A stretch of DNA of 62,421 bases, filler included. It is 6 parts of 6 records of this genome, joined end to end, with 100 filler letters (N's around TTAATTAATTAA, not from the genome) between each part and the next. Parts side by side here need not be neighbours in the genome. Positions count along the whole stretch, not along the records: positions 58,612 to 62,421 come from SRR20825010_3226; 5 more parts are not named here. One strand, written 5' to 3'. Of the stretch, positions 61,601 through 62,421 are shown piece after piece. Under the pieces are notes generated by a model. That model searched no databases. It worked only from the letters and a program-made list of their open reading frames with translations, and was not told where the DNA came from. A program made the position numbers and the translations under genes. Within the stretch, counting starts at the first letter, position 1. The number at the start of each line of letters is the position of its first letter.

Positions 61601-62002
61601 TTAAGCCCTTTTCGACCGGCGATCGAGGCTGTAGGCACCCGCCCCGTTCGCGACGAGGAACAGAAGACCGCCCGCAATGGCAATGTTCTTCATGAACAGG
61701 ATCATCTGCATCTGGTCACCGGGTTGCAGATGGAAAAGGAGAGCCGAGACAAGGCAGAAACCGGCGAGCAGAAAGGCCACGATCCGCGTCTGCCACCCGG
61801 CAAGAATGGCAAGGCCGCCGCCCAGTTCCACCAGAATGACGAGCGGGAGCAGAGTGCCCGGCACGCCAACGGATTCCATATAGCCTGCCGTTCCGCTATA
61901 ACCGGTGATCTTGGCGAAGCCCGCCGGGACAAACAGGATCGCGATAAAAATACGGCCCGCGAGGTCAAATAAAGGGGTCAGTTTCTCTAGCATCGTCATC
62001 AA
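61601..62002 (-). CDS. DoxX-family membrane protein
   Basis: ELGGGLAILAG..TR, FMKNIAIAGGLL, GAGAYSLD. Confidence 0.9.
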   Translation of the reverse strand: MMTMLEKLTPLFDLAGRIFIAILFVPAGFAKITGYSGTAGYMESVGVPGTLLPLVILVELGGGLAILAGWQTRIVAFLLAGFCLVSALLFHLQPGDQMQMILFMKNIAIAGGLLFLVANGAGAYSLDRRSKRA

Positions 62003-62080
62003 CTCCAGCGTTCAACATGAATTACTCGTCGAATATATGTCTGCTTTTTAGAATATAAATTGAATAATTTCGGCATTTAC

Positions 62081-62097
62081 TGTCTAATTATTAGACA
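62081..62097. promoter_or_regulatory. Putative LysR operator
   Basis: Inverted repeat TGTCTAA-TTA-TTAGACA containing T-N11-A, touching the LysR start codon. Confidence 0.55.
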
Positions 62098-62421
62098 TGC
62101 TGACCACAACACTCACCCAATGGCAGATTTTTAACGCCGTCATCGACCATGGCGGCTATCTTCAGGCGTCGGAGAAGCTGAACCGAAGCCATTCCTCTTT
62201 GCATCACGCGGTGCAAAAGCTGCAGGGCCAGCTCGGCGTCAAGCTTCTTATCGTTGAGGGCAAGCAGGTCAAGCTCACCGCCATTGGCGAAGTAATGCGC
62301 AGGCGCTCTCTAAGACTGATCGAGGATGCGCAAGACCTTGAGCGGCTCGTCGGGACGGCCCGGCAGGGCTGGGAGACGGAAATTACCGTCGCGGTGGAGG
62401 GGGTATACCCCAAAGACCAGT
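62097..62421 (+). CDS. LysR-family regulator (3' truncated), divergent from doxX
   Basis: Manual translation MLTTTLTQWQIFNAVIDHGGYLQASEKLNRSHSSLHHAVQKLQGQLGVKL, a LysR HTH; absent from the ORF track because it has no stop in the window. Confidence 0.88.
   Translation, partial: MLTTTLTQWQIFNAVIDHGGYLQASEKLNRSHSSLHHAVQKLQGQLGVKLLIVEGKQVKLTAIGEVMRRRSLRLIEDAQDLERLVGTARQGWETEITVAVEGVYPKDQ

Overview
The window is not one chromosome region. It is six unrelated contigs joined by 100-nt artificial spacers (N44-TTAATTAATTAA-N44), so adjacency across spacers has no biological meaning. Taxonomic labels below are inferred from gene content and style. (1) 1-23486, Rhodopirellula-like planctomycete: sdhAB, a secretin-N-repeat protein paired with an EF-hand/P-domain protein, GntP permease, Bpt/ATE-like transferase, two DUF1559 prepilin-like genes, a TPR/FG-GAP/ASPIC protein, M24 peptidase plus PdeM, an ankyrin-interrupted acyltransferase and PPi-PFK. 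(2) 23587-30868, alphaproteobacterium: VOC dioxygenase, FAH hydrolase and FAD monooxygenase, then rrf2-sbp-cysTWA. (3) 30969-49886, Marinobacter-like core region: recJ, thrC, hom, dsbC, xerD, rplS-trmD-rimM-rpsP, ffh, grxD, argF, glpK. (4) 49987-53884, betaproteobacterium (Limnobacter-like): malonate decarboxylase mdcEGBH plus a TSUP transporter. (5) ~53985-58511, Rhodobacteraceae-like: Rid protein, two small ORFs preceded by CtrA-like boxes, DeoR and a putative 2-aminoethylphosphonate ABC transporter. (6) 58612-62421, alphaproteobacterium: AT-rich orphan ORF with a candidate 10-aa micropeptide, dusA, thermonuclease, DoxX and LysR. No rRNA, tRNA, CRISPR array or transposase was recognised. The best leads are the pore-less secretin plus EF-hand/P-domain operon, the CtrA-boxed small-protein pair, the orphan ORF with micropeptide upstream of dusA, the lipoprotein-DUF1559-TPR/ASPIC cassette and a dntD/G/B-like catabolic trio.
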